A stretch of DNA of 64,000 bases from Diplonema japonicum. Its lineage: Eukaryota; Protista; Euglenozoa: Diplonemea. This document shows, in pieces, positions 1 through 11,452 of this stretch (its first letter is position 1; every line of letters starts with the position of its first letter). A program made the position numbers and the translations under genes. The stretch is from positions 248,001-312,000 of the forward strand of contig OZ025697.1 in assembly GCA_964019335.1 (NCBI GenBank), in the 5' to 3' direction. Under the pieces are notes generated by a model, which saw only the letters and a list, made by a program, of their open reading frames with translations, did no database searches and was not told where the DNA came from.

Positions 1-497
1 TTAACTTTAACTTTCTTTTTTTTTTCTTTTTTTTTTCCCTTTTTCTTCAGAAGCTTCTTTTGTGTGAACACGGGGGAGTAACAAAATAAAAGAAATACAA
101 CAACCTCCCCCTTGGTTTCTTTTCTCTACCTTTTAGCGCACCGCCAGCTGACTGTATAAGTGTGTTCCTCTCTTACGAAAGAAAACAGAAAACAACGGGA
201 GAGAAGGGGAACGGAAAAAAAGAATACCAGAGACAGAAAGGAAAGGAGAAAAGGAAAAAAAAAAAAGAAAAAAAAAAGGAAAAACTATTCACAACTAGAC
301 GCTGATTTCTTTTTTTTTTTTTGATAGAGTGGAGGAAGTAGATAAGAAAGAAAAAGAAGAAGAAAAAAAAAACACCAAATCTTATACATGGCTTTTTTTT
401 TCCCCCTCCTCCCCTTCTTTTTTCTCCGAGGGCTTGGCTTGGGTCCGGGTCACCCAAAGGAAGCCTGGGTCTTCAGGCTACTTTGGATCTGAGATTG

Positions 498-546
<49 letters not shown>

Positions 547-1684
547 AAGTGCAAAGTTGGGTTTATAGAGTAGAGGCAGCTTGTCCGTTTACCCCTACTG
601 TAGGTGAAAACGGTTTGCACAAACAAAGGTGGGTATTCTATCGCCCTCACCGGCGTGAGAGGTCACCGGCTGAGACCTCACTGCAGGCTGGCGCCTCCCA
701 TCCGCGTCTCTGTCGACGCCTGCCACGTCTCGAGAGGCTTTTACAACTTCGTTGTAGAAGTGCCGGCTTGCACAAACAATCAGCCGATTTTTTTTTTTTT
801 TTTCTCGTACTATTTTGATAACTGATAAAGGCTGCTAAAGAACTGTCAGACTAGGTACTCGATTTCTTTTTTTTTTTTTTTTTTGTGCAAACTTTAGTAT
901 TTTAGACCCCACCCCTCCCCTTTAGCCTTCCTCTCTCAAGTGTTGTGCACCTGAGACATAGGCCCCACTTACGTTACAAAGGGGGGAATAAAAAAAAAAA
1001 AAAAACCCTTTTTGCTGTAAAGCAGGGCCCCCTGGTTTTTTTTTTTTTCAAAAGGTGCTACTCCTGCTTCGTGGTTGATAAGAGAAGAATTTCTGTTGAG
1101 CTTGACTAGCTTTATCCACCACAAGACTGGTTGCCTAGTTGAGAAGAAGCAGCTCGGCCAACTACTTAGCTGTTTCGGTTCAGTCGTGAGAGTGAAACCC
1201 AAATGAATAATAAAATGGAAGAAAAAACCTGCCGGTCTACCCTACCGAGAGGCCTGTGTAAAGTAAAGTAATGTCACTCATGCGTTGAAATTTTCAAATA
1301 GTAGAGAAAAGGACTGTTCGCACGAATCATCAAAAATAAGGGGGGGTTATAATTATGGTGTATGTGGCTTACTAGTGCCCAACCTTTAATCATCAGCTGT
1401 TTTATTATTATCTCTTATTTCTTCTAACCCAATCGAGAAAAAAAAAAACGGGAAAAAAAAAAAAAAAAAAATAGAAAACTGTAGAATTCAAACTACTTTG
1501 CACTACTTCTTATTTTTTTTTTCTTCTTCTTTTTTTTTTTCTTTTCCCCCTCTTAGTTCAGTGAAGGCACCCTCCCTTTTAAAACTTATACAAAAAAAAA
1601 AAGAGAAAAAAAAAGAGAAAAGGGAATGCCTTTTTGCACTGAAAGCCGCTTCCTGAAGGCAGTTTCAAAGATGCCAACCAAAGG

Positions 1685-1718
<34 letters not shown>

Positions 1719-2002
1719 AGTTTTCTTTTTTTTTTTCTTTTTTTTTTTTTGATTCATTTTCTTCTTGTTGCCATCCTTATCCAATTATTGATAATGGTAC
1801 TCTTTCTTGTTTTTTTTTTTTTCTTTTATATTAGATTTTCGCAAAGGAATAAAAAAAGGGGGGGGTGAAACAAAAAAATATAAGAGTTAAAATCTTTTAT
1901 TTCACTCTTCAGAAATTACTTCACGCACTGGGGGGGCCATTACTTCACGGCCTGTTTTCCGTGAAGTAATAGGGGGTTTCCGTTAAATAATATGCCTCGG
2001 TA

Positions 2003-2144
2003 GGCCAGTTTTTGCCTCGGTTCGGTTCCCAGTGGGGCTACTTTTTCCTCTCAGTTTGTCAATTTCCCCCCAGGTTCAGCTCAATTGGCCAACTTTTGCC
2101 TCGGCTCAGTTCCAAGTTGGACTACTTTTTCCTCCCAATTTGCC
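2003..2144 (+). repeat. Degenerate ~58-bp direct repeat (84-bp period) upstream of the YR ORF
   Basis: ggccagtttttgcctcggttcggttcccagtggggctactttttcctc (2003) vs ggccaacttttgcctcggctcagttccaagttggactactttttcctc (2087). Confidence 0.8.
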
Positions 2145-2182
2145 CATTTTTATGCCTAATTTTTCCACTCTCTAGGTTTCAA

Positions 2183-3020
2183 ATGCCAAAGCAGCAGAAA
2201 GGGAGGCACGACTGGTAGGAAAGACTGCCTGTGAAGAGCCGCGCCAGGTACGAGAAGGCCTGGTCCGAGTTGGTGGAGAAGTCAGGGGTGAAGGCTCCAA
2301 CTGTCCTTCATATAGAGAAGTACGTGAAAAAGTTGAGGGAGGAAATCAGTCCCTCTTCTCTGTGAACCTACTTCAGCATGTTGAAGGCAGTCCACACGGC
2401 GAAGTACAAGACAAGCGAGGACGTTTGATGACCTAAAAAGGTTAATCAAAAGAGCTGAAGAACAACGCCAGAAGCCTGTAAAGAAGGCAAACATCTACAA
2501 GGGGCTCTACAGGTGAACTAAGCCTTCTTTTCATACCCCAGGGACCAGCTCAAGACGCCTTCAACGAGTACTGTGGCCGCCTGCCTGCTGAGGCAGAAGA
2601 GTATCTGTGGCACAAATCCCACCAAAATGGAAAAGGATACGTGCGTCAGAGGGAAGAAGCCAAACCCAAGCACATACACCTCGCACAGTCTGCGAAGGTC
2701 TTCAGTGGAAATCGATTTCTATCGCAGAAAGCTATATAAACAGATCAAAGCTGCTTGTGAAGACCATCGCGAACAAGATCCAGCCGCCAGCTACCGACAA
2801 CACATGCCCAACAATTACCAATGCTCAACCCACTACGTTTGGCTCCGAAGGTGCCACGTATAACATCCAAAACATCGCACCCGGAGTCATCATAAACATC
2901 AATAGCACATGCTCAGTAACCGCACCCAGGCCCCCGGAAGACAGACTCCTGCCTGCAACCCTGACAGCGACAGCTCCTAGTCAAAAAAGAAAAAGAAGAA
3001 AAAAAAGGCTTGTATTGTAA
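2183..3020 (+). pseudogene. Tyrosine recombinase pseudogene (stops, frameshifts, internal deletions)
   Basis: Hand translation across frames: LPVKSRARYEKAWSEL..KLREEISPSSL*TYFSMLKAVH (core-binding domain), FDDLKRLIKR..KPVKKANI, EYCGRLP..HQNGKGYVRQ, PNPSTYTSHSLRRS (HxxR box), QWKSISIAESYINRS (W..Y catalytic tyrosine box). Confidence 0.85.
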
Positions 3021-3989
3021 CCCCATGTAATTCTTGTAACCCTTGGTGTAACCCTTGTCACCCCTCGTTCGTGAAGTAATTTCAGAGTGTCGTGAAATAA
3101 AACAACTTACCTACTGCCAAGTAATGCGTTACCGACCTCGAGGTAACGGTAAAGTCATTACTTGTTGGCAGTAAATAGCTATTAGTAATCGGAGTGCTTA
3201 CAAGAGCACCCCTTAACCCTTAACGATCACTCTGGAGATGAACCGAAGGGAGGCGAGAGAGAGGGGAAAAGGAAACTTAGTCTGGTGCTTGTTCGGGTTG
3301 CAAAAGGACTTTTTTTCTTTTTTTTAGAACTTTCTTTTTTGTTAAGGTATACTATAGAATGAAAAAACGGCTCTGCCTGACCAGTGTGGCCCAGCTATCG
3401 CCTGGTAATCAGGCACTATGTGTTTTCAAAACACCTTCGTTAATAAGAAAATAAAATAAAAAAAAAGAGACCACCCCATATTGTTTTACAAAAAAGAAGA
3501 GGAAGCAAAAAAAAACCCCCCCAGAATGACTACTCTCAAAAAAAATAGAATGATGGGAAAGGGGGGGGGGGGGGGGGAGTGTTTTCCCAGAAGGAATAGG
3601 GAGGGTGGGGGAATAGAAAGGGGAGGGAGAGTGGGGGAGGGGGGAAAAAAAACAAATAAGAATAGAAACGTAGAACATTTCGAATCAATATGGTTCTTTC
3701 ATTCATTCCTTTGATCTTTTTTTTTTTTTTTTTTCCCCTCTCTTTTTTTTTTGTTCTTTCCTTCTCCTGTGTTCATCAGTTTAAATAAATAAATAAATAA
3801 AGTTTACACCTTGACCTGACTTAGCTTGGTTCAAAAACGCAACACTCCATTCGAGAGAAACTCAGCAGAAGTGGTCGATTTTTCAAGAAAGTCAGTAGGG
3901 GCACAGTGGTCTAGAATCTCCTTTATTTTTGTTTCTCCCTTTTTTTCCCTTTCTTTGAATAACTTAGCTGGAACATAGTAGTGTTTTTT

Positions 3990-4021
<32 letters not shown>

Positions 4022-4058
4022 GCTTTCTGTGCCTCGTATCTCTAAAGTGTCCAAAAAG

Positions 4059-4091
<33 letters not shown>

Positions 4092-4159
4092 GATCTTGCA
4101 ATATAATAATCAAGGGGGTAAAACTTTTTTTTTCTTTAATCACGGGGGAAGAACAAAAT

Positions 4160-4696
4160 AATAACTATTTATTTAGTGAATATAAGATCCTATGATTTCA
4201 CGCGTGGTGGCAGTGGTTTTGACGAGTGAGGTAATATCGCGAGCGAAGCGAGTGTTATAACGTTTAACGAGTCAAAACTGCCACCACAAGTGAAATCATC
4301 AATCTTATATTCACAAATACGATATTTTATTTAACGACAGCAAAATTTGAGTGGGTGGGAGGTACAGGTGGTACCAATTACAACAGGTGTCGGATATGTG
4401 CCTCGGTAGTGCACAGAACAGAATCCTCTTCTTTCGGACGGGCCTTTCTTTTCCTTCCGAAAATTATGAAACACACAAAAGCGTGGAAGGGGGTGGACCC
4501 TGCTGCGTCCGCCTCTTGTGCAGTCGGGTTCTTGCCTATCCCAAAGGAACCTTGGTAGGAATTTTTGGAGGGTTTTGCTTAAATTAGGCCCAGGAGTGAA
4601 ATAATATTTCTTATTTTAACGCTAAAGTCAGGAGTGAAATAAGTGAATTCTTATTTTCACTCCCACCCATGAAAATTTTGGTGGAGTTAAATAAAA
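4160..4696 (-). mobile_element. Non-autonomous Crypton-like element (second subfamily, reverse orientation)
   Basis: End motif AATAACTATT at 4160 and a long hairpin 4176-4314 with GCGAGCGAAGCGAG in its loop. Asymmetric IR: TTTTATTTAAC..CAAAATTT..GGGTGGGA (4325-4360) vs 4661-4696. No recognisable ORF. Confidence 0.75.
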
Positions 4697-5427
4697 AAAA
4701 TAAAAAAATAAAAAAAGAATAGACTTTGCAAGAGGATTTTTTTTTTTTTGTACTTCTTTTTAAAAACCAATTGTTTTACGGTGGGGGTGCTATTTTTTTT
4801 TTTCTTTTTTTCTTTTTTTTCCCCTGAAGCGATGATTTTTTTCAAAGCTCATCCAAATGGCCCAAATGTTATGTTTGGGAAAAAGGCAAGTTGTTTTACA
4901 TGCGTTGTTCGTAAATTGTAAAAACAATTGATGATAAAAGTATTGAATTGAGTCACTATTTCCGTGAGTTGTCTCGTAGACACTAGAAAAGGCACTTTTT
5001 TTTTTCTTTCTTTCTTTCTTGAAAATCTTTGTTCTTCTTTTTGTTCTCACGTTAGTTTCCTAAAATTGTGAAGCGATTTTAGAAGAAAAAAATTTTTTTT
5101 TAATATAATTCTCTTTTTTTTTTTTTTTGCGCATTCCTGAAAAAAAAAATTAAGTTCCTTTTTTTTTCTTTCCTCAGCCCTTCCCCCCCTCCCCCCCCCC
5201 CCCCCCCCCTCAAAAAAAAAGCACACGAACATAAAAAAAAAGGTAGCACTCGATAAAGAGGGTGGAGAGGATAAAAAAAAAAATTACTAAACCCCCCTCT
5301 AACCGACCGGGGACTTCCCCCCTTTTTTTTTTTCCCCTAAATTAAAAAAAAAAAAAAAAAAACATATATCAACCCGGGGTCAGCAGAGAAAAGGCTTAAA
5401 AAAAAAAAAAAAATAACATTTTCTTCT

Positions 5428-8400
5428 TCAAACAGGGACAACATTTATAGGAGGTGGTGTTGGGCCGCTACTCGACTGAGATGCCCGTTTACCCCTACCA
5501 GGATTAACGTGCATATTTGGAAGTTTCAAATTCGAAAAATCGGTGGGTGAAGAAACAGCAGGGACAGAGTTGCGGTGTGTGGCTAGACGAGGCGACATAG
5601 CTGAGGCTCGCGGGGCACCTCTACGAGGGTGCGCGTACCACGACTGTGCTTTTCTCTTTGGCGGCATTTCTGACATATCTTCTGATGTCTCGCTCATGTA
5701 CAGCAGACTCGTGTCGCCGTCCTCTAGCAAAGGTTCGTTAAGAGAATTTGAGTTCGACATTGGGTACATAGGCTTCCCGTTCGGTGAGATAGCTGCGTCT
5801 TTGACCAACCCTGCCCAGGACAGATTACCTTCGTTTCTCGAATCGTGAACGTCCTGAACCATCTCCTCCCAGAATCGATCCGGGGAAATGGGTTGTTCCT
5901 CAAGAGAAGCTTCCCCCCCTGTCTCTATCATGGGGGGTTTCTTCCTAGGCGATTTCAACGGGATCTCTATGTCATCGCTGAAAATTTTGTCGATTTCACC
6001 CCATTCCTCGATTTGAAGCTTCCTCCTCCTCCCGGTCCATATTAGGAACATGAAACACGCGGCGTCGATCACAGCCTTAATCACAACCAGCAACACCGCG
6101 ATCATAAGCAAAACAGCACCGATTTGCATGGTGAAGTGTGTAGTCGGTTCACCAACGTGAAATGACACCCCGATGAGACCGAAACCAATGCCTTGCAAGA
6201 TCAGCCTTCCCACTGTAATCCATGTGTCTCTGTACTTCACATACGGCTTTACAATAAGAGTTAAAATTCCAGCTGCGCATGATAGAGCGCCTAATGCGAA
6301 ACGCAGGTTTCCACATCCTGGGAGGGATCTCGGTCGGAACGCTGCCATTAGTGCGAATAGTAAGCACATGACGAAGTCCACAGCCACGAAGTAGATGCAG
6401 GCCTCGGCCCATCCGCGGACCACTATAGAGTATCTCTTTGCGAAGCGAGTGCTTCGTTCCGTGCTGACCCACTCGCCGGCGCCTAAAAAGAAAATCTTGA
6501 TCTTCCCGCTCGAGATGTTGTCGTTGCCGTCCTTCTCGAGCCGGTACCGCGCCTTTTCAGGTATGTTGTTCAATAGCAGCCTTGTGATGTACCCTGTGAA
6601 CACGATTTGAAGAGCAAGAACAACACCGCCTATTACACCATGCGAAACCTTCCCACGAGGGTAGAACATCATCGCGGCACTGCACACAGCGGTGCCTTGA
6701 AACAGAACCATGACAACAAGGATCGACGCGGACGGGAAAAGCAGCAAGGCCTGCGTCACAATGATGGTGTGTGGTGTCTCGATGAACGGTCGCGCGGCAG
6801 CAAGGTGGAGGAGGATCTTCGCGAAGAGAAGTTGTATGAGAAACACACCCAACGCAATAACAGGGTTGAGGACAACGGCCCCCATGCATTCCCTCCCGTC
6901 GATGACGCCCAGTGTAGGGTGGAGCATCCATGTGAGGGGTGGGTCATCTTCATCCCCGCAGTCCAAACCCACTAAGAAGGTGATTGTTTGAGCTTGCATG
7001 GCCGCTGGTCCTCCCAAGAGTGTCGCTGTGCCTGCGGAAAATTTTACCCCCGTTTGCCAGCCGCTCTCCTCCACCTTGACGGTGACCTGGGTTTTCTCCC
7101 CCTCCAGCTGTACTTTTACGTAGTACCCCGTCTTCGCCTTTACTGCGTCCATCGTCATTTCCAGCACTAATATCTCGTTCTTCTTCACATGGTACCCCGC
7201 ATCGCCCCCCACCTTCACCACAAGTGTCGTCGCGTCGTGGCTCACATAGGTGATATGTGCCTCCGTTCCTAGAACCTTGAACGGCGGCGCCCTTGTGCCC
7301 CACGGTTGGAACTCCACGTACTGCGGGTTCATGAGGGTGATGGTGTACACCAGGCCATCTCTCACGTCTGTCTCGTCCACCTTCGCAGGGCCGTGCCATG
7401 ACACCTGTACCACCACATCGAGCACAGCATGCGGCGGCACCGGCGTAGGGGGCGCGGCAGTTGCGGGTGGCATTGTTTGTCCCGCTGGTAGGTCCGTCGG
7501 TGGCGAGGCTGTCATCCATGGAGAAGCTGTTGTCCACGGCGAAGCTGTGGCCCATGGTGAATCTGTGACCGGCGAAACAGGACCCGACGGCGACGCCGTT
7601 TCTTTTGGGGTCCCCGGGGACGCTGTCACGGGCACATTCGGCGGCGACGTAGGAGGTGCCGTTGGCGATGCAGGCGAAGGTGTCGGTGCCGTGGTCTTAG
7701 GGACGAAAGTCGGCGGCACTAGAGGCGCCTTTGTGTCAGGCGGCATGGTAGGAGGCGCTGTTGGGGGCGAGGTGGGGGGCACGGTTTGAGGCGGCAAGGT
7801 AGGCGGCGCTGTGGGGGGCACGGTTTGAGGCGACACAGTAGGCGGCGCTGCTGGCGGTGCCGTGTCAGGCGCCGTGGTGGGCGGCGCGGTTGGCGGTGCC
7901 GTGGGGGGCACGGTTTGAGGCGCATCGGTTGGGGGCGCGGTGGGCGGTGCCGCAGGCACCGCCGTAGCCGGTGCATCCGTAGCTGGCGCTGTCGTAGGAA
8001 CCGCGGTTACCGGCACTGTGGTGGGAGGGGCCGTTGGCTGCGCCGTAGACGGGGCGGTAGTAACTGGTGCCTGCGTAGGGATAGCAGTAAGCGGAACGGC
8101 TGTTTGCGGCGCATCAGTAGCAGGAGGGTTCGTGTCCGGCACATCAGTGGGAAGACAATCTGTCGTCATGCACAAGCAGATCCTCGCCGTCGGATCAGAA
8201 CTGCAGCTCGGGTTGGACCCTGGCGTAGACAATGTATACACGTTGTACCACACATCGTTGTTGCTGTTGGGAAGGAAGTAACACGCAGGGGGGTACAGCC
8301 CTTCGTTGAGCTCTGGAGACACGTTCTTTCCCATGATGAGCTTGCCTGTCGCCTCAGCTGCCTTCTTACAGTCATCCACGCTACGTGCTGTTGTAGGGTT

Positions 8401-8520
8401 TGGAAACTTGGTGCTTGCAGCACAGCTCGATGCGGTAGACTCTAAGAAGTACTGGCACACCGCCTTTGCTGGCTGCGCACAGCATATTGCCAGCAGTATA
8501 ACCAGCGTTTTTCTTTCCAT
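5428..8520 (-). CDS. Cell-surface multi-pass membrane protein: signal peptide, Cys-rich N-domain, Pro/Thr mucin-like (TAPP) stalk, ~10 TM helices
   Basis: 1030-aa ORF from ATG 8520 (MERKTLVILLAICCAQPAKA). TAPPT repeats and many hydrophobic segments in the C-terminal half. Confidence 0.9.
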   Translation of the reverse strand: MERKTLVILLAICCAQPAKAVCQYFLESTASSCAASTKFPNPTTARSVDDCKKAAEATGKLIMGKNVSPELNEGLYPPACYFLPNSNNDVWYNVYTLSTPGSNPSCSSDPTARICLCMTTDCLPTDVPDTNPPATDAPQTAVPLTAIPTQAPVTTAPSTAQPTAPPTTVPVTAVPTTAPATDAPATAVPAAPPTAPPTDAPQTVPPTAPPTAPPTTAPDTAPPAAPPTVSPQTVPPTAPPTLPPQTVPPTSPPTAPPTMPPDTKAPLVPPTFVPKTTAPTPSPASPTAPPTSPPNVPVTASPGTPKETASPSGPVSPVTDSPWATASPWTTASPWMTASPPTDLPAGQTMPPATAAPPTPVPPHAVLDVVVQVSWHGPAKVDETDVRDGLVYTITLMNPQYVEFQPWGTRAPPFKVLGTEAHITYVSHDATTLVVKVGGDAGYHVKKNEILVLEMTMDAVKAKTGYYVKVQLEGEKTQVTVKVEESGWQTGVKFSAGTATLLGGPAAMQAQTITFLVGLDCGDEDDPPLTWMLHPTLGVIDGRECMGAVVLNPVIALGVFLIQLLFAKILLHLAAARPFIETPHTIIVTQALLLFPSASILVVMVLFQGTAVCSAAMMFYPRGKVSHGVIGGVVLALQIVFTGYITRLLLNNIPEKARYRLEKDGNDNISSGKIKIFFLGAGEWVSTERSTRFAKRYSIVVRGWAEACIYFVAVDFVMCLLFALMAAFRPRSLPGCGNLRFALGALSCAAGILTLIVKPYVKYRDTWITVGRLILQGIGFGLIGVSFHVGEPTTHFTMQIGAVLLMIAVLLVVIKAVIDAACFMFLIWTGRRRKLQIEEWGEIDKIFSDDIEIPLKSPRKKPPMIETGGEASLEEQPISPDRFWEEMVQDVHDSRNEGNLSWAGLVKDAAISPNGKPMYPMSNSNSLNEPLLEDGDTSLLYMSETSEDMSEMPPKRKAQSWYAHPRRGAPRASAMSPRLATHRNSVPAVSSPTDFSNLKLPNMHVNPGRGKRASQSSSGPTPPPINVVPV

Positions 8521-8606
8521 TATGTGCAAATAGGTTTGCTCGAATCAAGAGGTGGGGAGGGATTCCGAAATTAACGGTTCAGGATTGGGAACAGGTGTAT
8601 GGAAAT

Positions 8607-8641
<35 letters not shown>

Positions 8642-9548
8642 AATGAGAGGGAGACGTGAAATCCGAATTTATATTTGCTAATATTTATACGTTTGTCATT
8701 TCTTCTCTTTTTTTTTTTTTTTTTTTTGTTCTTCGTTTGTATAGTTGTGTCGGTTTTTTTTTTGGTTTTTTTTTTCTTTTTTGTTTCCCGTCCTATGTGT
8801 GTGTTGTTTATTATTATTATTATTCGCCAAAAGAATGGAGCAATATAGAAATGATATTTTTAGATGTATGGGGGGAAAAAAAGGGGGGGGGAAGAAAATA
8901 AAGGTCGGGGGATAAATAGGAAACCCCGAATAAACTTCCAGGTTTGGAAAAAGAGGGAAATTTATTTCGTACTAGGTTTTCTTTTTTTTTCTTTTTTTGT
9001 TATAATGGCGCGATTCTAGTGGTACATACCCCCCCCCCCCCCCCTCCCCTCCCCCTTAGTTTTTTTTTTTAAATAGCAGGAAAGTTGAGTTCCCATGTGT
9101 TTATGTGTAAAAGAAAGAAAATAAAAAAAAAAATACCGCGATAAAAAGAATCATATTGTATTGGAACTCACTGATGCCCCCCCCGCCCCTCCCTTTTTTT
9201 TCCCCCGAAGAGATGACTCTCTCCTCTATTGGGAAAGTATCGGAAAGAAAACAATCAAAATTACCCCCCCAAAAAAAACACTTTTAAAGCACCCATCATG
9301 TAACATGTGCAACCGCGCGTGATAAAATGCAGTGCGGGGGCCAAGTATGCAGCGAAGAAGGCGGGCTTCCCTTGTTCTGGTCAGGAGCTAGTACCGAACG
9401 AATCGCCCAGTCAAGTATGTCGAAATCGCCTACGCAATACAGGTGTACACAGTGCAATCCCATTTTCCCCCCAAGCCCCGCATCCAAAGTGCGATAAGGG
9501 TTCTGTCAGTATATTTTTTTTTTCCCTTTTTTTTTTTTTTTTTTTAAT

Positions 9549-10316
9549 TCATACCTCTTTACCATATTTTTGCCGGTACGCCTCCTTTGCAGATTCCTCG
9601 GTCAATTGACAAATCTTTTTTTTTTTTTTTTTTTTTTTTTTCCCACACACCTCCAATGGGGGAACAGGGTTGTTCAACCGAAGATGTTCAGCCCGCTCCC
9701 ACACGGCATAAGGCAGCACCCCCATGTCCAGCCCTCGGAACGGGGACTCTCCCAACAAAGAAGACTCGAATTCTATCAATTGATTCAAAAACCCTTTGTT
9801 GGGATGTGCGACAGGCCTCCTGCGCTTCACATGGACGTACGCCTCCTTCAGAGGGATGCGATGATCCGCCATAAGGAAGGCAATGGTGACGCAGGAAACA
9901 CGAGAAACTCCAGCCCGGCAGTGGACAAAAACCTTCCCGCCAGAGGACCGGGCAGCTCTGATGTGATCGAAGGCGGTAGAGAAATTTTGCGAAATGCTCG
10001 TGTGCGGGGTGTCGCTGACCTGGATCTGCTTGCAGTCGAAAGATCTCCGTACATTATCCGGAAGCTTCTCCCTCGTCAGGCTCAGCACATGGGTGATTTT
10101 GTATTTATCAAGAAGTTCCTTCTCTCTAGCAAACGCCAGGTTCCCGTAGAAGTAAAAATCATTCAGTTTGCACGCGCACGGTGATAAATCGATCAGCGCG
10201 TCTGTCTCGATAGGAATCCATATGTCCGGCCACAAAAACTTATGAGGAGGGTATTCCTTCCCCGCTACTCTTTCAACCAGTTTTTCACCCAGTAGTGACC
10301 GTTGCTGAACTTCCAT
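9549..10316 (-). CDS. Dual-specificity protein phosphatase
   Basis: VHCRAGVSR catalytic motif and RRRPVAHPNKGFLNQL. Predicted in-frame intron 9597-9650. Confidence 0.92.
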   Translation of the reverse strand: MEVQQRSLLGEKLVERVAGKEYPPHKFLWPDIWIPIETDALIDLSPCACKLNDFYFYGNLAFAREKELLDKYKITHVLSLTREKLPDNVRRSFDCKQIQVSDTPHTSISQNFSTAFDHIRAARSSGGKVFVHCRAGVSRVSCVTIAFLMADHRIPLKEAYVHVKRRRPVAHPNKGFLNQLIEFESSLLGESPFRGLDMGVLPYAVWERAEHLRLNNPVPPLEVCGKKKKKKKKKICQLTEESAKEAYRQKYGKEV

Positions 10317-10396
10317 GGGGGAAAAATCCGACCCCCCCCCCCCCCCTTCCTGGATAATGGATAAAGGCGGGGGGGGAAAAAAAAAGAAAAAAAACT

Positions 10397-11179
10397 TCAA
10401 GGAAACATTTCGGCTAGGAAATCGTCGAACTCCTCGTCCAAAACACGCTCCTTCTCGACGGGCTCCCTCCACACCTTGTTTGTGTTGTTGTGAGGGCTGG
10501 TTTTTTCCCCCTCGCTTTCTTCATGGTTCTCATCGGGCTCTTCTTTAATAACGGGGTCTTCTCTGCGTTCCGTCTTCGGGTTGATTTCTTCTTCAATCGG
10601 TTCTGTTTTAACGCCGATGCATTGCTTCTTAGCAGGGTGCAGATGCGGCTCGATTTTCTCGTCTTGTTTTACTTCAGGTTCTTCTTGAATCTTCCGTTTT
10701 TTCAACAGCCGTTTGTATTCGAGTTTGTACCTGCAGTTCTTACAGAGACGTAGCTTCACCAGTGCTTCTCTCTTGACACCGCATTCTTTGTATTTGAATG
10801 GGACTTCCAGCGTGCAGAGGCCTTGTTGTTCGTCGCAGGTGGGTAGGCCACCGCAGGAAAACTGGCCTTTACCAGAGACGACTTCGTTCTCAACCCGCCA
10901 CCTCATGCCGAGGAGGCCCTCCTTGTATCGATCCAGGTTAACCAGAGCATACTCTTTGAACAGCTTGTGACAGTACGCTTTAGCGAGCTTCCTCCCCCAC
11001 TGCCTCATCGCCTGTGATCCCTTCGCTTCCTTTTCATTGCCATCATCGATGAACCTGTACTCCTTCCTTAACACCTCGAAATCCGTCACTACCCTTTTGT
11101 CTTGAGACACCTTTCTGTAATCCCTCATCAATTTCACGTGTCTCTCCCACGGTGTGCTATTCTTATTTAGATAGCTCAT
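10397..11179 (-). CDS. FRA10AC1: FRA10AC1 homolog (spliceosome-associated)
   Basis: Motifs TDFEVLRKEYRFI, KLAKAYCHKLFKEYA, MRWRVENEVVSGKGQFSCG, ALVKLRLCKNC. Confidence 0.92.
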   Translation of the reverse strand: MSYLNKNSTPWERHVKLMRDYRKVSQDKRVVTDFEVLRKEYRFIDDGNEKEAKGSQAMRQWGRKLAKAYCHKLFKEYALVNLDRYKEGLLGMRWRVENEVVSGKGQFSCGGLPTCDEQQGLCTLEVPFKYKECGVKREALVKLRLCKNCRYKLEYKRLLKKRKIQEEPEVKQDEKIEPHLHPAKKQCIGVKTEPIEEEINPKTERREDPVIKEEPDENHEESEGEKTSPHNNTNKVWREPVEKERVLDEEFDDFLAEMFP

Positions 11180-11452
11180 TTTTTTTTTTTTACCCCTCTC
11201 TTTCCCCCAACCTTTTTTTTTTTGCTTTAATAGGGAACGAATTTGAAGGGGGGGGGGAGAAGTAACAATGGATATAACAGGACCGACGTGGGGGGGGGGG
11301 GGGGGGGGGGGGTTTAGAGGGAATAAAAAAAGGGGGGATCTAAAACAGAGGAAACGGGACGATTATCTAAATAGAAAAACAATGAAAGGGGGGGATCTAA
11401 AAAAAAAATCTAAAATAAGAAAAAAAAAATAATAAAGCCAATACAAAAGGAT

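Larger units (their letters stand above)
1895..3183 (+). mobile_element. Crypton-like (tyrosine recombinase) DNA transposon, internally deleted copy
   Basis: Left IR TTTTATTTCAC..GAAATTACTTCACG..GGGG (1895-1934) is the reverse complement of 3061-3102. It is followed by a hairpin (~3112-3173) and the terminal palindrome AATAGCTATT (3174-3183). It encloses YR coding remnants. Confidence 0.85.

Noticed and set aside
2216-2365. In-frame TAG/TGA suggesting an alternative genetic code
   Set aside because: Confined to a decayed transposon gene; host genes end at TAA, TAG and TGA normally.
3015-3225. TAACCC(T) telomere-like motifs
   Set aside because: Only a few degenerate, non-tandem units.
1895-4696. 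Helitron2/Helentron identity for the asymmetric-IR + hairpin elements
   Set aside because: The architecture is superficially similar, but the enclosed coding remnants are tyrosine recombinase, not Rep/helicase. This is less certain for element 4160-4696.
7250-8445. Long + strand ORFs opposite host genes (also 27393-28379, 38722-39468, 62962-63741)
   Set aside because: Antisense shadows of repetitive or GC-rich coding sequence.
9296-9510. U1 snRNA-like words (ATACTT, ATTGCAC) on - strand
   Set aside because: Wrong order, no ACCTG and no Sm site.
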